From IMG/VR virus record IMGVR_UViG_3300045988_108579, positions 1 to 39,673 of that record: a stretch of DNA of 39,673 bases. One strand, given 5' to 3'. The DNA is from a virus. Positions 37,920 through 39,673 of the stretch are shown piece by piece (the stretch's first letter is position 1; every line of letters starts with the position of its first letter). The position numbers and the translations under genes are program-made. The notes below the pieces were generated by a model. That model was given only the letters and a program-made list of their open reading frames with translations, had not been told where the DNA came from and ran no database searches.

Positions 37920-38222
37920 ATGAAGAAGATCCAGCGCCTTATCAAAGATATGTGCTACGAACTGGACGCAGCCGAGCACTACGCCAAGAACGCCCTGCGA
38001 AACAAGGACGAGGACAAGGAGCTCGGCGACGTTTACGAGCGCGTCGCTCGGCAGGAGCTCGAGCACTGCGAGATGTTCCACGCGCAGGCCGTCCGGCTCA
38101 TCCGCGACTATGCCAAAGAGCCGCCGGAGAGCATGCGTGCCATATGGGAATATGAGCATGACAGGATCATGGAGCGGGACGCGAAGATCCGCGTGATGCT
38201 CAACCTCTATGACGGGAGATAA
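37920..38222 (+). CDS. Small helical protein, ferritin/rubrerythrin-like E..H motifs (tentative).
   Basis: 100 aa. DAAEHY and RQELEHCEMFH are spaced as in four-helix-bundle di-iron proteins. This is weak evidence. Confidence 0.35.
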   Translation: MKKIQRLIKDMCYELDAAEHYAKNALRNKDEDKELGDVYERVARQELEHCEMFHAQAVRLIRDYAKEPPESMRAIWEYEHDRIMERDAKIRVMLNLYDGR

Positions 38223-38224
38223 AA

Positions 38225-38254
38225 AACAGAGCCGCAGTAGCGGCTCTGTTTTTG
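38225..38254. terminator. Bidirectional rho-independent terminator at the right end of the plus-strand genes.
   Basis: 11-bp stem AACAGAGCCGC-agta-GCGGCTCTGTT, flanked by A6 and T5. Confidence 0.8.
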
Positions 38255-38258
38255 TGAT

Positions 38259-38279
38259 TTTACTAACGCTTTTACTGAC
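38259..38279 (+). repeat. Arm-type integrase-binding-site candidates (pair 1).
   Basis: TTTACTAAC (38259..38267) and TTTACTGAC (38271..38279), in 12-nt phasing. Confidence 0.5.
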
Positions 38280-38313
38280 AAAAACGGAAAACGCTGTAAA
38301 ATCAAGGGGTTTG

Positions 38314-38344
38314 TGGTACGCCAGACGGGATTTGAACCCACGAT
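38314..38344 (-). other. tRNA 3' end fragment. Candidate attP core.
   Basis: The minus strand reads ATCGTGGGTTCAAATCCCGTCTGGCGTACCA. This has a T-loop TTCAAAT, a 5-nt T-stem strand, a 7-nt acceptor strand, discriminator A and CCA. No D-arm or anticodon arm follows, so it is not a complete tRNA. Confidence 0.65.
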
Positions 38345-38455
38345 TAGAAGTTTGGGAAAACTATTGAAGAAGCGAGAAAAACGAGCGTTTTCAATGGTTT
38401 TCTGGATTTTTGGAACAAAAAAATAAGAACGCTGTGGGAGCGCGGATGTGCGTTT

Positions 38456-39574
38456 TTAGGCGTTTTTTGACCCTTTTTTACTAACGGATTTACTAACGGA
38501 GGCGGAGTAGAACTTGCGCATCTTCTTGGCAGAGCGTGAAAGGTCTTTTTCTGAAAGACGGAGATAATGATCGTGAACGGTTTTCCAGTTGCTCCACCCG
38601 CCGACGCGCATGGTCTCCTCTTCCGGCCAACCGAGATGGTAGGCGAGGGAAGCGAAGCTGCTGCGGAGCCCTTGGAAGCCGACCTCTGGGAGATCGTGTG
38701 CGGCGCAGATGCGGTTGATCCGACGACGGGTGTTATCGTTGCATGGACACATACTTCCGGTATGATCTTGGAGCAGCTCCAGCAGGCGGGGAATCACGAT
38801 GGGGACAACGCGCTGCGAGAGGGCGGACTTGTTCTCCTCGCGGTGGATCCATGAGCCATCGTCGGCGTAGACCGTGGAGCCGGAAACGCGGATCGTCTCG
38901 GACTTGCGGTCTATGTCCTCCATGCGCAAGGCGAAGATCTCCGAGCGGCGAAGGGAATGGAGAGCGAGCAGAGCGGGAAGTTCGACAGGGGTGCCGCGGA
39001 TGAGATCGACAAAGACGAGGATCTGGTCATAATCGAGCCACGGAGTAACCGTTTTCGGTATCGCGCCGATGTCCACCGGATCAAAGGGAATCTTGAATTC
39101 TTTGAACGCTGCGGCAACGAGGCTTATCTCATTGTGCAGCGTCTTTTTTGCTACGCGCTTTGATTCGGCATCGATAGCCTGCGGCCAGTTGATGGAGCGG
39201 ATATCTTTGTCCATATAAGCTGGGAACGCATTTCGGCGGATACCATAGTAGCCGCGAAGCGTGGAGGGAGAGCGGACGAGCCGACGCTCGATGTATTTGT
39301 CTAACAGCTCACCCAACGTCTGGCGGGGGAGCTTGCTCTCCTGCTCAATGAACCCGGCGCGGATGGCGAGGGCTTTGGTGCGGCATGCTTCCTCCGTGGG
39401 CTCGGTGACGTTTACGCCCTCGCGGCGGAGCTGCACTGTCCAGCTGCCGGAGGGGAGCTGCCGGGGAGCGGGGATCTTGAGCTTCTTTTCCTTTTCACGG
39501 AGCTGCTTCTTTCCGCACCAGTTGCAGTACAGCGAGTTTTCCGGGATATCGCGCGAGCAGTTGCAGCACTTCAT
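38456..39574 (-). CDS. int: Tyrosine integrase with an N-terminal zinc ribbon.
   Basis: 372 aa. N-terminus MKCCNCSRDIPENSLYCNWCGKKQ. The catalytic region has LHSLRRSEIFAL (Arg), LRSSFASL and VHDHYLRL (His/Tyr). It is adjacent to the attP-like region. The start codon lies inside the terminal repeat. Confidence 0.9.
   Translation of the reverse strand: MKCCNCSRDIPENSLYCNWCGKKQLREKEKKLKIPAPRQLPSGSWTVQLRREGVNVTEPTEEACRTKALAIRAGFIEQESKLPRQTLGELLDKYIERRLVRSPSTLRGYYGIRRNAFPAYMDKDIRSINWPQAIDAESKRVAKKTLHNEISLVAAAFKEFKIPFDPVDIGAIPKTVTPWLDYDQILVFVDLIRGTPVELPALLALHSLRRSEIFALRMEDIDRKSETIRVSGSTVYADDGSWIHREENKSALSQRVVPIVIPRLLELLQDHTGSMCPCNDNTRRRINRICAAHDLPEVGFQGLRSSFASLAYHLGWPEEETMRVGGWSNWKTVHDHYLRLSEKDLSRSAKKMRKFYSASVSKSVSKKGSKNA
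38477..38497 (+). repeat. Arm-type integrase-binding-site candidates (pair 2).
   Basis: TTTACTAAC at 38477..38485 and 38489..38497, with the same 12-nt phasing. They lie inside the last codons of the integrase gene. Confidence 0.5.
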
Positions 39575-39673
39575 TCATTTTCTCCTTTGCGCTGCCGGTG
39601 GCGGCGGTATACACGGATGATAACGAGGACGACCATAAGCGCGGCGATCGCAAAACAGACCATCGAGAACACC
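39555..39673. repeat. Terminal direct repeat, right copy of 1..119.
   Basis: Exact 119-nt identity with the window start. It contains the integrase start codon and the 3' end of the HTH-TM gene. Confidence 0.95.

Noticed and set aside
38314-38344. Possible tRNA gene.
   Set aside because: Only the T-arm 3' part, acceptor 3' strand and CCA are present. No D-arm, anticodon arm or 5' acceptor strand can be drawn. It is interpreted as an attP core fragment instead.

Overview
The window is one complete, circularly closed genome of about 39,554 bp. Bases 1..119 are repeated exactly at 39555..39673. It is a visibly GC-rich temperate dsDNA phage or prophage with Clostridia/Firmicutes-style signals (AGGAGG ribosome-binding sites, sigma-A-like promoters, hairpin plus T-run terminators).

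Layout:
- **Lysogeny module, minus strand, wraps the junction.** Order: 3147->2213 two membrane proteins; 2058->1654 CI-like repressor; dinJ-yafQ toxin-antitoxin; 535->17 membrane-anchored HTH protein, translationally coupled (ATGA) to a tyrosine integrase at 39574->38456. An attP region next to the integrase contains a tRNA 3' end fragment and TTTACTAAC arm repeats.
- **Early region, plus strand, 3225..11309.** Many tightly coupled small genes. Several look like anti-defence or conjugative-element genes: a Lar-like protein, a PcfK-like/PcfJ-like/DUF3102-like trio, and a tandem DUF2829 (Tad2-like) protein. A reverse-oriented acr-aca-like two-gene operon follows at 11374..11824.
- **Replication and packaging.** An HUH Rep-like gene at 12146..12979, then terS and terL.
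- **Moron.** A self-contained unit with its own promoter and terminator at 15336..16466.
- **Head, tail and lysis genes.** Scaffold, major capsid, holin, tail-like proteins, fibre, GH25 endolysin, portal, then a 2896-aa polyvalent-type giant protein. I saw no tail tube, sheath or tape-measure genes, so the virion looks podovirus-like.

Most unusual signals:
1. A family of seven double-hairpin repeat modules in two variants (A and B). They alternate strictly as ABABABA along the genome, are all co-oriented with transcription, and B...A pairs bracket three cassettes of about 0.9-1.2 kb. One cassette encodes the only HUH endonuclease.
2. Four paralogous mini-proteins of 32-50 aa sharing an IE[ED]xVRxL...FxLG motif. 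A 24-nt core is identical in three copies.
3. An acidic-protein plus HTH operon with an operator palindrome, lying next to the Tad2-like gene.
4. A low-GC domain cassette inside the giant virion protein.

All family names come from motif recognition by eye. No searches were run.
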